Below the pieces are notes generated by a model. That model worked only from the letters and a program-made list of their open reading frames with translations, had not been told where the DNA came from and ran no database searches. A stretch of DNA of 64,000 nt from an uncultured Ruminococcus sp. (GTDB lineage Bacteria; Bacillota; Clostridia; Lachnospirales; Lachnospiraceae). Location of the stretch: contig UQKK01000007.1 in the NCBI GenBank assembly GCA_900541505.1, positions 2,650-66,649 of the forward strand, given 5' to 3'. The position numbers and the translations under genes were made by a program. Shown piece by piece: positions 19,325 to 31,239 of the stretch (its first letter is position 1; each line of letters opens with the position of its first letter).

Positions 19325-19354
19325 ATTGACAGCCAACATTTTGAGTGGTAACAT
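19325..19354 (+). promoter_or_regulatory. Putative sigma-A promoter for the trp leader
   Basis: TTGACA, 17 nt, TGgTAACAT (extended -10-like). Confidence 0.4.
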
Positions 19355-19359
19355 TGCTT

Positions 19360-19667
19360 TATAAATTTTAATTTGATATTGCTTTAAACCGATGAAGCGG
19401 AGATAAAAGCAGTCATGCGCGCACAGAGAGTCCGGGAAGGTGAGAGCCGGGTGGAAATGCAGTCTGCTAAATGGACCGCGGAGGGCGCAGTCAAAGGGCT
19501 TTTGCCTGAGTATTCTGCGACGTGTGGGCATACGTCAGTTGCCGGAGATATGTTGGTATCTCGCAGAGCGCGCGGAAACGATATGTTTACGTGAATCAAG
19601 GTGGCACCGCGGAAAATTTGATTTTACCGTCCTTGACAGAAGATGATTCTGTCAGGGACTTTTTTTG
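19360..19667 (+). promoter_or_regulatory. T-box riboswitch leader (tRNA-Trp; UGG specifier) with terminator
   Basis: AGAGA/GGUGAGA stem-I elements. Specifier-loop context ctaaaTGGa. T-box sequence AATCAAGGTGGCACCGCGG (~19594-19612). Terminator hairpin GTCCTTGACAGA/TCTGTCAGGGAC + TTTTTTT (19629-19667), immediately upstream of trpE. Confidence 0.75.
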
Positions 19668-19740
19668 TTCTACAGGAAATTTCCTCGCAGAACCGACAGT
19701 TTCAGACACAAATTCACCAACCAGGGAAGGAGGCATTTTC

Positions 19741-21240
19741 ATGGAACACACACTGGATATGATTAAGCAGTACGCCAAAAGCGGGGAATACCGCCGAGTC
19801 CCCATCAGCCGGGAGCTCTACGCGGATGCGTTTACCCCTATCGAGGTCATGCGCACCTTAAGGGCAGCCAGCAGACACTGCTATCTGCTGGAGAGCGCGG
19901 AGGATAAACAGCAGTGGGGCAGATACTCCTTTCTCGGATACGCGCCCACAATGGAAATCACCTGTACCAACGGAAGTCTAACCATCCGCGCCGGAAAAGA
20001 GGAGGAAGAAAAATCCGAGCAGGTCATTGAGACCCGTACCCCGGAAACTTTCATCCGACAGATTTTAGACGAATACAAAAGTCCCCGGTTGGACGCCATG
20101 CCTCCATTTACCGGCGGGCTGGTGGGATATTTCTCCTACGACTACATCAAATACGCAGAACCCGTCCTTCGCCCTCTGCTGGAGGAGGACACGGGAAGCC
20201 GGGAGTTTAGGGACATCGACCTGATGCTGTTTGACCGGGTCATCGTCTTCGACCACTACCGGCAGAAGCTCATCCTCATCATCGGGGTCAGCTTATCCGG
20301 CAGCCTGGAAGAAAACTATCAAAACGCGCTGGAAGAGCTCTCCGAGATGGAGCGTCTCATCCGCAGCGGGGCGAAGGCGGACTTTAAGCCCCTTGCACTG
20401 GAAGAAGCGTTCTCCCCCTGTATTCCCCAAGCGGATTACTGCCAAATAGTGGAGAAGGCAAAGAACTACATTTACGAGGGAGACATTTTTCAGGTGGTGC
20501 TCTCCAATCCCCTGACCGCAAAGGCGAAAGGAAGTCTTTTCGATACGTACCGGGTACTTAGAACGAGCAATCCTTCGCCCTACATGTTCTACTTCTCCAG
20601 CGATGACATTGAGGTGGCAGGCGCTTCCCCGGAAACACTGGTGAAGCTGGATAACGGGAAGCTTACCACCTTCCCCCTCGCCGGAACCCGCCCACGCGGA
20701 AAGACAGACGAGGAGGACAAAAGGCTGGAGGCGGAGCTGCTCTCAGACGAAAAAGAATGTGCGGAACACAACATGCTTGTGGATTTGGGACGCAACGATT
20801 TGGGGAAAATCAGTTTGCCGGGCAGTGTCCGCGTGGATAAATATATGGCGATTGAGCGTTTCTCTCATGTCATGCACATCGGCTCCACCGTTTCCGGCCG
20901 TCTCGCCCCTGACAAGGATGCGCTGGACGCCATACGTTCTGTCCTTCCCGCCGGAACCTTATCCGGCGCCCCGAAAATCCGCGCCTGCGAAATCATCGCC
21001 GAGCTGGAAGAACGCAAACGCGGCATCTATGGCGGCGCTATCGGTTACCTGGATTTCACGGGAAATATGGACACCTGCATTTCCATCCGGCTCGCCTATA
21101 AAAAGAACGGCATTGTTTGTGTTCAGTCCGGAGCAGGAATCGTGGCGGACAGCATCCCGGAAAACGAATTTCAGGAATGTCAAAACAAAGCCGGCGCAGT
21201 CATACAGGCGTTAAAGACAGCGGAAGGAGGACTGAAATGA
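19741..21240 (+). CDS. trpE: Anthranilate synthase component I
   Basis: MEHTLDMIKQYAKSGEYRRVPISREL...LSGAPKIRA...; GGAAGGAGG RBS. ATG at 19741; the ORF-track 5' extension covers the T-box. Confidence 0.9.
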   Translation: MEHTLDMIKQYAKSGEYRRVPISRELYADAFTPIEVMRTLRAASRHCYLLESAEDKQQWGRYSFLGYAPTMEITCTNGSLTIRAGKEEEEKSEQVIETRTPETFIRQILDEYKSPRLDAMPPFTGGLVGYFSYDYIKYAEPVLRPLLEEDTGSREFRDIDLMLFDRVIVFDHYRQKLILIIGVSLSGSLEENYQNALEELSEMERLIRSGAKADFKPLALEEAFSPCIPQADYCQIVEKAKNYIYEGDIFQVVLSNPLTAKAKGSLFDTYRVLRTSNPSPYMFYFSSDDIEVAGASPETLVKLDNGKLTTFPLAGTRPRGKTDEEDKRLEAELLSDEKECAEHNMLVDLGRNDLGKISLPGSVRVDKYMAIERFSHVMHIGSTVSGRLAPDKDALDAIRSVLPAGTLSGAPKIRACEIIAELEERKRGIYGGAIGYLDFTGNMDTCISIRLAYKKNGIVCVQSGAGIVADSIPENEFQECQNKAGAVIQALKTAEGGLK

Positions 21241-21812
21241 TACTCTTTATCGACAATTACGACAGCTTCGTATACAACCTTTACCAGGCGGCAGCCCAGG
21301 TGGACCCCGACATCCGGGTCGTGCGAAACGATGAAATTACAGTGGAAGAAGCCCTGGCGCTTTCTCCTGATTCCATCATCCTTTCCCCCGGTCCCGGAAG
21401 ACCGGAACAGGCAGGTATCTGTATCGACCTCATCCGCGCGGCGAAAGGGCGCATCCCTATCTTAGGCATTTGCCTTGGACATCAGGCAATCGCCTGCGCC
21501 TTTGGAGCAACGGTGGGGCACGCGAAGGAACTCATGCACGGAAAGACCTCTTTTCTCACCGATGTAAAAGAGGATTTGATTTTTCATGGGATTTCCGCTC
21601 CCATCCAGGTGGCACGGTACCATTCCCTCTCCATTGAGGAGGGCTCGCTGCCGGAGGAACTTTATGTCACCGCCCGCACAGAGGACGGCGAAATCATGGC
21701 AGTTTCGCATAAGGGCTATCCTATTTACGGACTCCAGTTTCACCCCGAATCCGTCATGACACCGGAGGGATTTGCTATGATAAAAAATTTCATCACACAC
21801 TTCCAAAAATGA
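21237..21812 (+). CDS. trpG: Anthranilate synthase component II (glutamine amidotransferase)
   Basis: MILFIDNYDSFVYNLYQ...GICLGHQAI...LQFHPES. ATGA overlap with the trpE stop. Confidence 0.9.
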   Translation: MILFIDNYDSFVYNLYQAAAQVDPDIRVVRNDEITVEEALALSPDSIILSPGPGRPEQAGICIDLIRAAKGRIPILGICLGHQAIACAFGATVGHAKELMHGKTSFLTDVKEDLIFHGISAPIQVARYHSLSIEEGSLPEELYVTARTEDGEIMAVSHKGYPIYGLQFHPESVMTPEGFAMIKNFITHFQK

Positions 21813-21827
21813 CAGGAGGTTTTTCAT

Positions 21828-22838
21828 ATGATTAAAGAAGCAATTATCAAACTTTCACAGAAACAGGATTTGACTTACCAGGAGGCAGAGCAGGTCATGG
21901 ATGAAATCATGGAAGGGCAGGCGACTGATGTACAGAAATCTGCCTACTTGACTGCTCTCTCCCTTAAAGGGGAGACCATCGATGAGATTACCGCCTCTGC
22001 CGCCGGTATGCGCTCCCACTGCATCAAATTACTCCACAACATGGATGTGCTGGAAATCGTGGGAACAGGCGGCGACGGAGCCAATTCCTTCAACATCTCC
22101 ACCACCTCCGCGATGGTCATTGCCGCGGCAGGCGTTCCGGTGGCAAAGCACGGCAACCGCGCCGCTTCCTCCAAATCAGGAGCCGCTGACGTGCTGGAGG
22201 CTCTGGGTGTGAAGATTGATTTGGTCCCGGAAAAGAGCGCCTCCCTTTTGAAAGATATCAACATCTGCTTTTTATTCGCACAGAACTATCATATTGCCAT
22301 GAAATATGTGGCGCCTATCCGCAAAGAGTTGGGAATCCGCACCGTGTTCAACATTTTAGGACCTCTCTCCAACCCGGCGGGCGCTAACATGGAACTCATG
22401 GGCGTGTACGAAAAAGATTTGGTGGAGCCTTTGGCGCAGGTCATGACAAAGCTCGGCGTTGTCCGCGGCATGGTCGTATACGGAGAAGACAAACTGGATG
22501 AGATTTCCATGAGCGCTCCCACCTTCGTCTGCGAGATTCGGGACGGATGGTTCCAGTCCTACGAAATCACCCCGGAGCAATTCGGGTATACCCGCTGCGA
22601 TAAGAGCGAGCTGACCGGAGGTTCCCCGGAGGAAAACGCCGCCATCACCCGCGCCATCTTAAACGGGGAGGAACGGGGAGCGAAACGCTGCGCCGTATGT
22701 TTAAACGCCGGAGCCGCCATCTACATCGCCGGAAAAGCAGCCAGCATGGAAGAGGGTGTGCGTATGGCGGAGCGCATCATAGACGAAGGACTTGCCGCGA
22801 AAAAATTAGAGCAGTTTATTGAGGAGAGCCATAAATGA
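21828..22838 (+). CDS. trpD: Anthranilate phosphoribosyltransferase
   Basis: [44 protein letters not shown] motif. AGGAGG RBS. Confidence 0.9.
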   Translation: MIKEAIIKLSQKQDLTYQEAEQVMDEIMEGQATDVQKSAYLTALSLKGETIDEITASAAGMRSHCIKLLHNMDVLEIVGTGGDGANSFNISTTSAMVIAAAGVPVAKHGNRAASSKSGAADVLEALGVKIDLVPEKSASLLKDINICFLFAQNYHIAMKYVAPIRKELGIRTVFNILGPLSNPAGANMELMGVYEKDLVEPLAQVMTKLGVVRGMVVYGEDKLDEISMSAPTFVCEIRDGWFQSYEITPEQFGYTRCDKSELTGGSPEENAAITRAILNGEERGAKRCAVCLNAGAAIYIAGKAASMEEGVRMAERIIDEGLAAKKLEQFIEESHK

Positions 22839-23791
22839 ACATACTGGAAACCATCACAGAACGCACAAGAGAACGCATTGCCGAAGAAAAGCGAAACATC
22901 CCGCTGACAGAAATCCGGACGCGCGCGGAGCAAGCCGCACAGACAGAAACCCGCAAGCGAGCGGAGCAAGCCGCGCAGACGGAAACCCGCAAGCGAGCGG
23001 AGCAAGCCGCGCAGGTGACGCAGAAATCAGCCGCGAAAAAGGAGCCGCCCTGCGCGAAACACTGTGAAGCAGACTTATCCGCTTTTCTTCCCTTTGAGGC
23101 TGCTTTGCGTGCGCCGGGACTTTCCTTCATCTGTGAGGTGAAGAAGGCGTCCCCCTCCAAAGGACTCATTGCCCCGGATTTCCCCTATCTGAACATTGCG
23201 CGGGACTATGAGGCGGCGGGAGCTGCCGCCATCTCCTGTCTCACAGAGCCCTACTGGTTCAAAGGAAGCGACCGCTATCTGGAGGAAATCGTCTCACAGG
23301 TCTCCATCCCCGTACTGCGGAAGGATTTCACCTATGACGAGTACATGATTTACCAGGCGAAAGCCCTGGGTGCCTCCGCCATCCTGCTCATTTGTTCTGT
23401 GCTGGATGACGCACAGCTTAAGGCATTTCACAGTCTCGCTTGGGAGCTTGGCTTAAGCGCTCTGGTGGAGACGCACAGCGAGGAGGAGATTGAACGGGCG
23501 CAGAGAATCGGCGCCTCCATCATCGGAGTCAACAACCGGAATCTCAAAGATTTCACTGTGGATATCCAAAACAGCATCCGCTTGAGGAAACTGGTGGACA
23601 GCGATACCGTATTTGTTTCCGAGAGCGGAATCACAGGCGCAAAAGACATGCGCGCCCTATATGAAAACGGCACCGACGCGGTGTTGATTGGGGAACTGCT
23701 CATGCGCTCCGGTGACCGCAGGGCAGCGCTTGCAGCATTAAAAATGGATGTAGATTTAAACACAGATGTAGATATGGGGAAAATGGAATGA
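22835..23791 (+). CDS. trpC: Indole-3-glycerol-phosphate synthase with a repeat-encoded N-terminal insertion
   Basis: C-terminal ~250 aa is a typical IGPS ([12 protein letters not shown]...[14 protein letters not shown]). N-terminal region contains ~2.6 copies of a 12-aa repeat ([12 protein letters not shown]). Confidence 0.85.
   Translation: MNILETITERTRERIAEEKRNIPLTEIRTRAEQAAQTETRKRAEQAAQTETRKRAEQAAQVTQKSAAKKEPPCAKHCEADLSAFLPFEAALRAPGLSFICEVKKASPSKGLIAPDFPYLNIARDYEAAGAAAISCLTEPYWFKGSDRYLEEIVSQVSIPVLRKDFTYDEYMIYQAKALGASAILLICSVLDDAQLKAFHSLAWELGLSALVETHSEEEIERAQRIGASIIGVNNRNLKDFTVDIQNSIRLRKLVDSDTVFVSESGITGAKDMRALYENGTDAVLIGELLMRSGDRRAALAALKMDVDLNTDVDMGKME
22925..23020 (+). repeat. In-frame 36-bp tandem repeat (~2.6 units) inside trpC
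   Basis: gcggagcaagccgcacagacagaaacccgcaagcga / gcggagcaagccgcgcagacggaaacccgcaagcga / gcggagcaagccgcgcaggtgacg. Confidence 0.85.
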
Positions 23792-24432
23792 CAGAAAACA
23801 GAAAAACAAAGATTAAAATCTGTGGTCTGAGCCGCGCGGAGGACATCGAATATGTCAACAAATCGTTGCCCGACTATTGCGGATTCATCATCGAAGTGCC
23901 TTTCAGCCGGCGCAGCGTCACCGTTTCCGGACTCCGGGAACTGAAATCCCTGCTCTGCCCGCAGATTCAGGCGGTGGGCGTCTTTGTCAACGCCCCGGAA
24001 AGCCTGGTGATTGATTTGCTGAACGAAGGGGTCATTGACATCGCCCAGCTTCACGGTCAGGAAACGGAAAACTATATAAGCCGTATCCGCGAAAAATCAA
24101 AAGCGCCCATCTGGAAGGCATTTTCCATCTCCGATGAGGAGGACTGTCTGGCGGCGCTTCAAAGCAGCGCAGACATGGTTATTTTGGACCATGGCAGAGG
24201 AGGCACCGGCTCCGCATTTGACTGGGATATCCTAAAAAGGACCTTTCAAGATAAGGGACGCAGGCGTCCTTTCATCCTCGCCGGAGGACTGACCGCAGAA
24301 AATATCCCTCACGTTATACAGACATACCATCCCTGGAGTATTGACTTGAGCAGTTCTGTGGAAACGGACGGGAAAAAAGATAAAGATAAAATAATGGCAG
24401 CGGTAGCTGCAGTAAGGAGTGCCAGCATATGA
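23788..24432 (+). CDS. trpF: Phosphoribosylanthranilate isomerase
   Basis: [15 protein letters not shown]...GVFVNAPE...ILAGGL. ATGA overlap with trpC. Confidence 0.85.
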   Translation: MTENRKTKIKICGLSRAEDIEYVNKSLPDYCGFIIEVPFSRRSVTVSGLRELKSLLCPQIQAVGVFVNAPESLVIDLLNEGVIDIAQLHGQETENYISRIREKSKAPIWKAFSISDEEDCLAALQSSADMVILDHGRGGTGSAFDWDILKRTFQDKGRRRPFILAGGLTAENIPHVIQTYHPWSIDLSSSVETDGKKDKDKIMAAVAAVRSASI

Positions 24433-25613
24433 CAAAAGGAAGATATGGCGTGCACGGGGGACAGTATATACCGGAGACCCTGATGAACGCAGTAAATGAA
24501 TTGGAGGAAGCCTATCGCTTCTACAAAAATGACAAAGCCTTTCAGGAGGAATTAAACACTCTGCTCAATGAATACGCGGGGAGACCGTCCCGCCTCTATT
24601 TCGCCAGGCGGATGACGGAGGATTTGGGCGGAGCAAAAATTTACCTGAAACGGGAGGATTTGAACCACACCGGAGCACACAAAATCAACAACGTCTTAGG
24701 ACAGGTGCTCCTGGCAAAGAAAATGGGAAAGACCCGCGTCATCGCCGAGACGGGCGCCGGGCAGCACGGCGTCGCCACTGCCACTGCCGCGGCGCTGATG
24801 GGGATGGAATGTGAAGTCTTCATGGGAAAAGAGGACACCGAGCGTCAGGCGCTCAACGTCTACCGTATGAGGCTTTTAGGAGCCACTGTCCATGCGGTCA
24901 CCTCCGGCACCGCCACCTTGAAGGACGCGGTTTCCGAGACCATGCGGGAGTGGACGAGACGGATTGACGACACCCACTATGTGCTCGGCTCCTGCATGGG
25001 TCCCCACCCCTTCCCGGAAATCGTCCGCGACTTCCAGGCGGTCATTTCCAAAGAAATCAAGGAGCAGCTCATGGAAAAAGAGGGGAAGCTCCCCGATGCC
25101 GTGCTCGCCTGCGTGGGCGGCGGCTCCAATGCCATCGGCGCTTTCTATCATTTCATAGAAGATAAAAGCGTACGCCTCATCGGATGCGAGGCGGCAGGAC
25201 GGGGCATTGACACAGCGGAGACGGCGGCGACCATCGCCACCGGAAAGCTGGGAATCTTCCACGGCATGAAATCTTATTTCTGCCAGGACGAATACGGACA
25301 GATTGCTCCCGTCTACTCCATCTCCGCTGGGCTGGATTATCCGGGAATCGGACCGGAACACGCCCATCTCTACGATACCGGACGGGCAGAATACGTGGCG
25401 GTCACGGACGATGAGGCGGTGGACGCTTTCGAGTATCTCTCCCGGATGGAGGGCGTCATCCCGGCAATCGAGAGCGCCCATGCGGTGGCATACGCCCGTC
25501 AGCTGGCGCCGCAGATGGGAAAAGACCAGATACTCGTCATCAATATTTCCGGCAGGGGCGACAAAGACTGCGCCGCCATTGCAAGATACAGAGGGGAGGA
25601 TATCTATGAGTAA
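24429..25613 (+). CDS. trpB: Tryptophan synthase beta chain
   Basis: [10 protein letters not shown]...HTGAHKINN...[13 protein letters not shown]-enzyme motifs. Confidence 0.9.
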   Translation: MTKGRYGVHGGQYIPETLMNAVNELEEAYRFYKNDKAFQEELNTLLNEYAGRPSRLYFARRMTEDLGGAKIYLKREDLNHTGAHKINNVLGQVLLAKKMGKTRVIAETGAGQHGVATATAAALMGMECEVFMGKEDTERQALNVYRMRLLGATVHAVTSGTATLKDAVSETMREWTRRIDDTHYVLGSCMGPHPFPEIVRDFQAVISKEIKEQLMEKEGKLPDAVLACVGGGSNAIGAFYHFIEDKSVRLIGCEAAGRGIDTAETAATIATGKLGIFHGMKSYFCQDEYGQIAPVYSISAGLDYPGIGPEHAHLYDTGRAEYVAVTDDEAVDAFEYLSRMEGVIPAIESAHAVAYARQLAPQMGKDQILVINISGRGDKDCAAIARYRGEDIYE

Positions 25614-26376
25614 CATACAGAAAGCATTTGAAAAGGGCAAGGCGTTCATTCCGTTTATCACCTGCGGGGACCCGGACCTTGCCGCCACAGAACAGCTCGT
25701 ATACGCCATGGAGGAGGCAGGCGCTTCCCTCATCGAACTGGGGATTCCCTTCTCCGACCCCACTGCCGAGGGACCGGTCATCCAGGGAGCAAATCTCCGG
25801 GCATTGTCCGGCGGTGTCACCACAGATTCTATTTTTGAGATGGTGGAACGGATTCGCAGACGCACGCAGATTCCTCTGGTCTTCATGACCTATGCAAATG
25901 TAGTCTTCTCCTACGGCACCGAGAAATTTATCCGCAGGGCGGCGGAGTGCGGAATGGATGGGCTCATTCTGCCCGATGTCCCCTTTGAGGAAAAGGAAGA
26001 ATTTGCCCCTGTGTGTGAAACATACGGACTGGATTTTATTTCCCTCATCGCGCCCACATCCCACGAGAGAATCCGCATGATAGCCGAGAAAGCCTCCGGC
26101 TTTGTGTACTGCGTCTCCTCCCTGGGCGTCACCGGAACGAGAAGCGCCATCACCACAGACATCGGTTCCATGGTCTCCCTTGTGAGAAAATACACGGAAG
26201 TCCCCTGCGCTGTGGGCTTTGGCATCTCCACCCCGGAACAGGCGGCGAAAATTGGCGCGGACTGTGACGGTGTCATTGTAGGGAGCGCTATCGTCAAGCT
26301 GTGCGCGAAATATGGAAAAGACTGCGTACCGCATGTGGCGCAGTATGTAAAAGAAATGACCGACAGCCTGAAATGA
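25606..26376 (+). CDS. trpA: Tryptophan synthase alpha chain
   Basis: [25 protein letters not shown]...[17 protein letters not shown]. 8-nt overlap with trpB. The ORF-track 5' extension lies inside trpB. Confidence 0.9.
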   Translation: MSNIQKAFEKGKAFIPFITCGDPDLAATEQLVYAMEEAGASLIELGIPFSDPTAEGPVIQGANLRALSGGVTTDSIFEMVERIRRRTQIPLVFMTYANVVFSYGTEKFIRRAAECGMDGLILPDVPFEEKEEFAPVCETYGLDFISLIAPTSHERIRMIAEKASGFVYCVSSLGVTGTRSAITTDIGSMVSLVRKYTEVPCAVGFGISTPEQAAKIGADCDGVIVGSAIVKLCAKYGKDCVPHVAQYVKEMTDSLK

Positions 26377-26389
26377 CAGCCTAATGGCA

Positions 26390-26482
26390 AAAATCCCCCG
26401 GCAGGACAGTGCAGACTCAATACCCCTTGCTGCAAGGGTATGTATCCTGCAAAGTCCCGCCGGGGGATTCTTTTTCTGTTTT
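26390..26482 (+). terminator. Rho-independent terminator after the trp operon (compound hairpin)
   Basis: AATCCCCCGGC...GCCGGGGGATT stem with an inner CCCTTGC/GCAAGGG hairpin, followed by CTTTTTCTGTTTT. Confidence 0.6.
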
Positions 26483-26577
26483 ATAAGGGCACTGTTTTTC
26501 GCAGACAGTGCCCTGTGCAGGGAGCAGCACGCCGCTCCCTTTGACAATCTATATCCTGAAAATAGAAATCGTCCGTT

Positions 26578-28677
26578 TTAGAAGATGTGGTAATTTACTA
26601 CCAGAGCCGCAAATACGATGGATACCATCGAAAGCAGCTTAATCAGGATGTTGATGGACGGTCCTGACGTATCTTTGAACGGGTCTCCAACGGTATCGCC
26701 TACGACAGCCGCCTTGTGGCTCTCGCTTCCCTTACCGCCGTAAGCGCCGCCCTCAATATATTTCTTCGCGTTATCCCACGCGCCGCCGGCATTGGACATA
26801 AAGACTGCCATCAAAAATCCGGTGGATGTGGAACCTGCCAGCATACCGATAACTCCATTGTACCCCAGAACAAGTCCGGTGATGACCGGTGTGATGATTG
26901 CCAGCAGAGTCGGTGTCACCATCTCTTTTAAGCTTGCCTTTGTACAGATGTCCACGCATGTCTCATAGTCTGCTTCTGCCTTTCCTTCCATCAGCCCTGT
27001 AATCTCGTGGAACTGACGCCTTACCTCCACAACGATGCTCTGCGCCGCACGTCCTACGGAGGACATGGTGAGCGCCGCAAATACAAACGGCAGACACGCT
27101 CCGATAAAGATACCTACCAGAACAGTCGGGTTCATAACGCTCATGTCAAGGTCACTTGCCTTAACGCCCACTTCCTGTATCTTTTCCACATAGGAAGCAA
27201 TCAGCGCGAGGGCGGTCAATGCCGCAGAACCGATAGCAAACCCTTTTCCGGTCGCTGCGGTTGTATTTCCGAGAGAATCCAGGGCGTCTGTACGCTTTCT
27301 GACTTCCGGCTCAAGTCCCGCCATCTCCGCAATACCGCCGGCATTGTCTGCGATAGGACCGTATGCGTCCGTTGCCAGTGTAATACCCAGCGTGGAGAGC
27401 ATGCCGACTGCCGCCAGCGCGATTCCGTAAAGTCCTCTTGTGGCCTCAATAAATCCGCCGGAAAGTGCGTATGCAGCCATAACGCACACTGCGATGATGA
27501 TAATCGGGATTGCTGTGGACAGCATACCCAGGCTCAGCCCGCCGATGATAATCGTCGCGGAACCTGTCTCTGATTTTGCCGCCAGATTCTTGGTCGGGTT
27601 ATACGTATCAGAAGTAAAGTACTCTGTGAAGAATCCAATCAGTACACCTGCCAGGAGTCCTCCCAGGATTGCGAAATAAAATCCGATGAAATCTTTCCCT
27701 AAGATGAACCATACAAGCGGGAAAGCAACCACTGCGATAATGACCGCACTGGTATTTGTTCCTCTTCTGAGCGCTTTTAACAGTGTGCTCTGGTCTGTAC
27801 TCTCACCCGTCTTAACGAGCAGGGAGCCCAGAATAGAAGCAAGCACGCCGACTGCTGCCAGAATCATAGGGATAACGACCGCATTGACACGGTCCACTGC
27901 CTCAATCTTGTTGAACGCGATAACGCCCAGTGCGCACGCTGACAAAATAGAACCAACATAGGACTCATACAGGTCTGCACCCATTCCGGCAACGTCCCCC
28001 ACATTATCTCCTACGTTGTCCGCAATAACTGCCGGGTTTCTGGGGTCATCCTCCGGGATTCCCGCCTCTACCTTTCCGACCAGGTCAGCGCCCACGTCCG
28101 CTGCCTTCGTGTAGATTCCGCCTCCGACACGGGCAAAGAGCGCCATCGAAGATGCACCCATTCCGAAGGTAAGCATGGTGCTTGTGATGTCCTCGATTGG
28201 AAGGTCAAACACAAGACGAAGCAGCAGATACCATATCGAGATATCCAAAAGCCCCAGACCTACCACTGTAAAGCCCATGACAGAACCTGCGGAAAACGCG
28301 ACTCTCAGTCCTTTGTTCAGTCCGCTCTGGCATGCCGCAGCCGTTCTCGCGTTCGCCCTTGTCGCAATCTGCATCCCGACAAATCCGGAAAGACCTGAGA
28401 AGAATCCGCCGGTGATAAACGCGAATGGTACGAACCATGTCAGAAGGTCCAGCGCCGCCATCACCGTCAGGATGACAAACATCCCCGCAAAGAAGATAAT
28501 CAGTATCCGATACTGTCTCTTCAGATACGCCATCGCTCCTCTGTGGATGGATGCGGAAATCTTCTTCATTACATCCGTCCCTTCCGGGAAGCGCAGTACC
28601 TTCTGCGCTCGCGATGCCGCGAACAGAAGCGCGATGATGGAACCGCATAGTGTCAGTAGTGCCAATTGATTGTCCAT
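26578..28677 (-). CDS. hppA: Membrane-bound proton/sodium-translocating pyrophosphatase
   Basis: 699 aa polytopic protein with H+-PPase motifs ([39 protein letters not shown]). Confidence 0.9.
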   Translation of the reverse strand: MDNQLALLTLCGSIIALLFAASRAQKVLRFPEGTDVMKKISASIHRGAMAYLKRQYRILIIFFAGMFVILTVMAALDLLTWFVPFAFITGGFFSGLSGFVGMQIATRANARTAAACQSGLNKGLRVAFSAGSVMGFTVVGLGLLDISIWYLLLRLVFDLPIEDITSTMLTFGMGASSMALFARVGGGIYTKAADVGADLVGKVEAGIPEDDPRNPAVIADNVGDNVGDVAGMGADLYESYVGSILSACALGVIAFNKIEAVDRVNAVVIPMILAAVGVLASILGSLLVKTGESTDQSTLLKALRRGTNTSAVIIAVVAFPLVWFILGKDFIGFYFAILGGLLAGVLIGFFTEYFTSDTYNPTKNLAAKSETGSATIIIGGLSLGMLSTAIPIIIIAVCVMAAYALSGGFIEATRGLYGIALAAVGMLSTLGITLATDAYGPIADNAGGIAEMAGLEPEVRKRTDALDSLGNTTAATGKGFAIGSAALTALALIASYVEKIQEVGVKASDLDMSVMNPTVLVGIFIGACLPFVFAALTMSSVGRAAQSIVVEVRRQFHEITGLMEGKAEADYETCVDICTKASLKEMVTPTLLAIITPVITGLVLGYNGVIGMLAGSTSTGFLMAVFMSNAGGAWDNAKKYIEGGAYGGKGSESHKAAVVGDTVGDPFKDTSGPSINILIKLLSMVSIVFAALVVNYHIF

Positions 28678-28877
28678 TTCAATCTTCCTCCATTCCTTTT
28701 TTATATTTAGACCTACGTCATTTATTGTACCACTTTAGAGAGCTAAAGGATAGATTTTCTGAAAACATTTTGATTATTTTTTTATTTTTAGCGAAATCTT
28801 TATCCGCATTTTTTAGGCAGCAGCAAATGTTCACTTTTTTATTCCGGCAAATATATTGGTTTCCGGCGCTTGTATCC

Positions 28878-28907
28878 TTGTCAACTGCGGGGAAATTATT
28901 TTATAAT
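28878..28907 (+). promoter_or_regulatory. Putative sigma-A promoter of rpoN
   Basis: TTGTCA, 18 nt, TATAAT. The 33-bp repeat element begins ~13 nt downstream of the -10. Confidence 0.45.
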
Positions 28908-28919
28908 AGAGTTTAGGCA

Positions 28920-28952
28920 TTCAAGACTCGCCCGCGAGTCTTGGCGCGGGAG
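28920..28952. repeat. 33-bp GC-rich hairpin repeat, copy 2, at the rpoN transcription start region
   Basis: Exact 33/33 match to 2674-2706. Located between the rpoN -10 element and the rpoN RBS. Confidence 0.7.
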
Positions 28953-29023
28953 AAAACGACAGAGATTCCTTTTCATTTGCTTGCCTTCCCTCAATGAAGA
29001 TAGAATACGAAAGTGGTGTTTTT

Positions 29024-30403
29024 ATGGCTTTAGAACTTACATTACAGCAGAAACAGCAATTGTCACAGTCTCAGATTCAGTCTCTGGAAATCCTGTCCAT
29101 GGACAGTCTGGAGCTGAACCAGTTTTTAAAAAATGAATATCTGGAGAATCCTCTGATGGAGCACACCGAAGGCGGCGCAGAGAGCGAACCGGAAAACAGC
29201 GCAGAGCATGAGGCGAATGGCGGTTCCGAAAGCCCACAGGCAGAGCCTTTGACTTCCTATTATGAACCGGGGAATGGCTCTTACCTGTCCACAGACGATG
29301 ACGACAACAGCAGGCGCCGGGATTTCTCAGCGCCTAAAGAGAACAGTCTGCGGGATTACCTGCTCTCCCAGCTCGACAGCCGGCTCTACTCCCGTCAGGA
29401 ATGGGATTTATTCATCTACATGACAGGCTGCCTGGATGACAGCGGCTTCTTCACCATGCCGGTCAGTGAGGTGGCAGAGAAGAACGATGTTCCCGAGGAG
29501 CTCGTCAACCGCTGTCTCTACACCCTGCAGCAGTTGGAGCCGTACGGAATCTTCGCGGCAAACTTACAGGAATGTCTGCTCCATCAATTAGAGGCGCTGG
29601 ATTTGAACAACGAAACACTGACGCAGATGATTCTCTGTCATTTAGACGACATCGCCGGCGGAAAAATCAGCAATATCTCCCGCGCGCTCCACATCTCCAC
29701 AGCGGAAGTGCGCAGGAATATCGAGGTCATCACCCGGCTGAACCCCCGTCCCTTGTCCGGATTCGGCAGCGGAACCAACACCTACATCATACCCGATATC
29801 ATTTTCCAGAAGGAGCACGATGACTGGAGCATCCGGCTCAACGACTCCTGGGTGGAGAACTACCACCTCAACGATTATTACATAAAAATGATGCAGACCT
29901 CCTCCGATGAGGAACTCATTGCCTATTTTAAAGAAAAACTCCGCCGCGTCCAGTTTATCTTAAGCTGCATTGAGCAGCGGCGGCAGACGATTCTCTCCAT
30001 CTCGCGAATTATTCTTGACATTCAGCGGGATTTCTTCGAGAACCGCTCCGCCCTCGTTCCCATGACCATGGCGGACGTCGCCTCCCGCGCCGGAATCCAC
30101 ACCTCCACCGTGAGCCGTGCCATCAAGGGGAAATATCTGCAGTATACCGGGGGCAGTATCTTTGTGAAAAGTCTCTTCAGCGCATCGGTCTCCTCCCACG
30201 ATACGGGAAGTGTCACACCGATGATGGTGAAGCAGTATATCAAGGAGTTTATTGAATCCGAGAATCGGCAAAAGCCTTACAGCGACCAGGCATTGACAAA
30301 ACTTTTGGAAGAAAAGAATATCCATGTGTCCAGAAGAGTCATCGCGAAATACAGAGAAGAGATGGGGATAAAAGGAAGCTTTGACAGAAAGATGCTGATT
30401 TGA
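29024..30403 (+). CDS. rpoN: RNA polymerase sigma-54 factor
   Basis: N-terminal LTLQQKQQLSQSQIQSLEILSM (region I), core-binding and HTH regions, C-terminal RpoN box HVSRRVIAKYREEMGI. Start at MALEL with an AAAGTGGTG RBS. Confidence 0.9.
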   Translation: MALELTLQQKQQLSQSQIQSLEILSMDSLELNQFLKNEYLENPLMEHTEGGAESEPENSAEHEANGGSESPQAEPLTSYYEPGNGSYLSTDDDDNSRRRDFSAPKENSLRDYLLSQLDSRLYSRQEWDLFIYMTGCLDDSGFFTMPVSEVAEKNDVPEELVNRCLYTLQQLEPYGIFAANLQECLLHQLEALDLNNETLTQMILCHLDDIAGGKISNISRALHISTAEVRRNIEVITRLNPRPLSGFGSGTNTYIIPDIIFQKEHDDWSIRLNDSWVENYHLNDYYIKMMQTSSDEELIAYFKEKLRRVQFILSCIEQRRQTILSISRIILDIQRDFFENRSALVPMTMADVASRAGIHTSTVSRAIKGKYLQYTGGSIFVKSLFSASVSSHDTGSVTPMMVKQYIKEFIESENRQKPYSDQALTKLLEEKNIHVSRRVIAKYREEMGIKGSFDRKMLI

Positions 30404-30451
30404 GACAAGAACGGGACTAGCAGCCCTATCATTTAACGGCATGGTCGATTG

Positions 30452-30540
30452 TTGACAACACAGTAGATAAGAGGGTATCGCTTCATTTGACCAATATGCT
30501 CCCTTGGGGCAGACTAGATGATTTTGCGATACCCTCCTTA
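30452..30540. terminator. Convergent hairpin between rpoN and the YheO-like gene
   Basis: GAGGGTATCGC ... GCGATACCCTC long inverted repeat. Confidence 0.4.
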
Positions 30541-30542
30541 CT

Positions 30543-31193
30543 TTATTCTTCATTCATTGATTTCTTTACAATCTCAAGGTAACTGTAGATAGTAACTTTC
30601 GCCGTGCCAAGCCTCTCTGCCACCATATCCACGGTGCCTTTGATGAGGAAGATTCCCTTTTCATTCATAAACCGGATAATCCGAATCTTATCCTCACGGC
30701 TCAATTTTCTTCCCTGATATTCCTGTAAAATATGGTCGATGACATCCTCCGCGATGGAGAGTACGTTTTCTTCTTCGTCATGCTTTTTCCCCTTCTTCAT
30801 GAGAAGCTGAACCTCCGAGTCTCCCGCCAAATCCAGAAGGAGCTGCATCGCCTCATCCCTCCCGGTGATGTCCTTCATGATACACAGACAGCCTGCCACC
30901 CTGCCATTTTCGTCTCTTAAGAACTGCACGTTTACTTTGACCCTTTTCCCGTCCGGCAGTGTCTTAATTTTGTTGCAGTTACGGTCTCCCTCATACTCGC
31001 CGAGTCCCAGAGATTCAAAGATATTGGAGAAGGAATCTCCCACCTTTTTGCCGCTGATTCCCGGATTGGCTATGTAGATGATGGACTCTTTGGGACGCGA
31101 AAAGTCCTGAAGGAGAATCTCATACTTCTCCCCCAGAACTTCACCTAAAAATTCAACAACAGGTATATAACTCTCTATCTTATTATGTCCCAT
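30543..31193 (-). CDS. YheO-like transcriptional regulator (PAS_6 + HTH_22)
   Basis: N-terminal YheO-like PAS region, C-terminal IFLIKGTVDMVAERLGTAKVTIYSYLEIV HTH. Confidence 0.55.
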   Translation of the reverse strand: MGHNKIESYIPVVEFLGEVLGEKYEILLQDFSRPKESIIYIANPGISGKKVGDSFSNIFESLGLGEYEGDRNCNKIKTLPDGKRVKVNVQFLRDENGRVAGCLCIMKDITGRDEAMQLLLDLAGDSEVQLLMKKGKKHDEEENVLSIAEDVIDHILQEYQGRKLSREDKIRIIRFMNEKGIFLIKGTVDMVAERLGTAKVTIYSYLEIVKKSMNEE

Positions 31194-31239
31194 CCTGCCG
31201 CCACCTCACTGCTTTTTTATGTCTTTTATCATATCAAAA

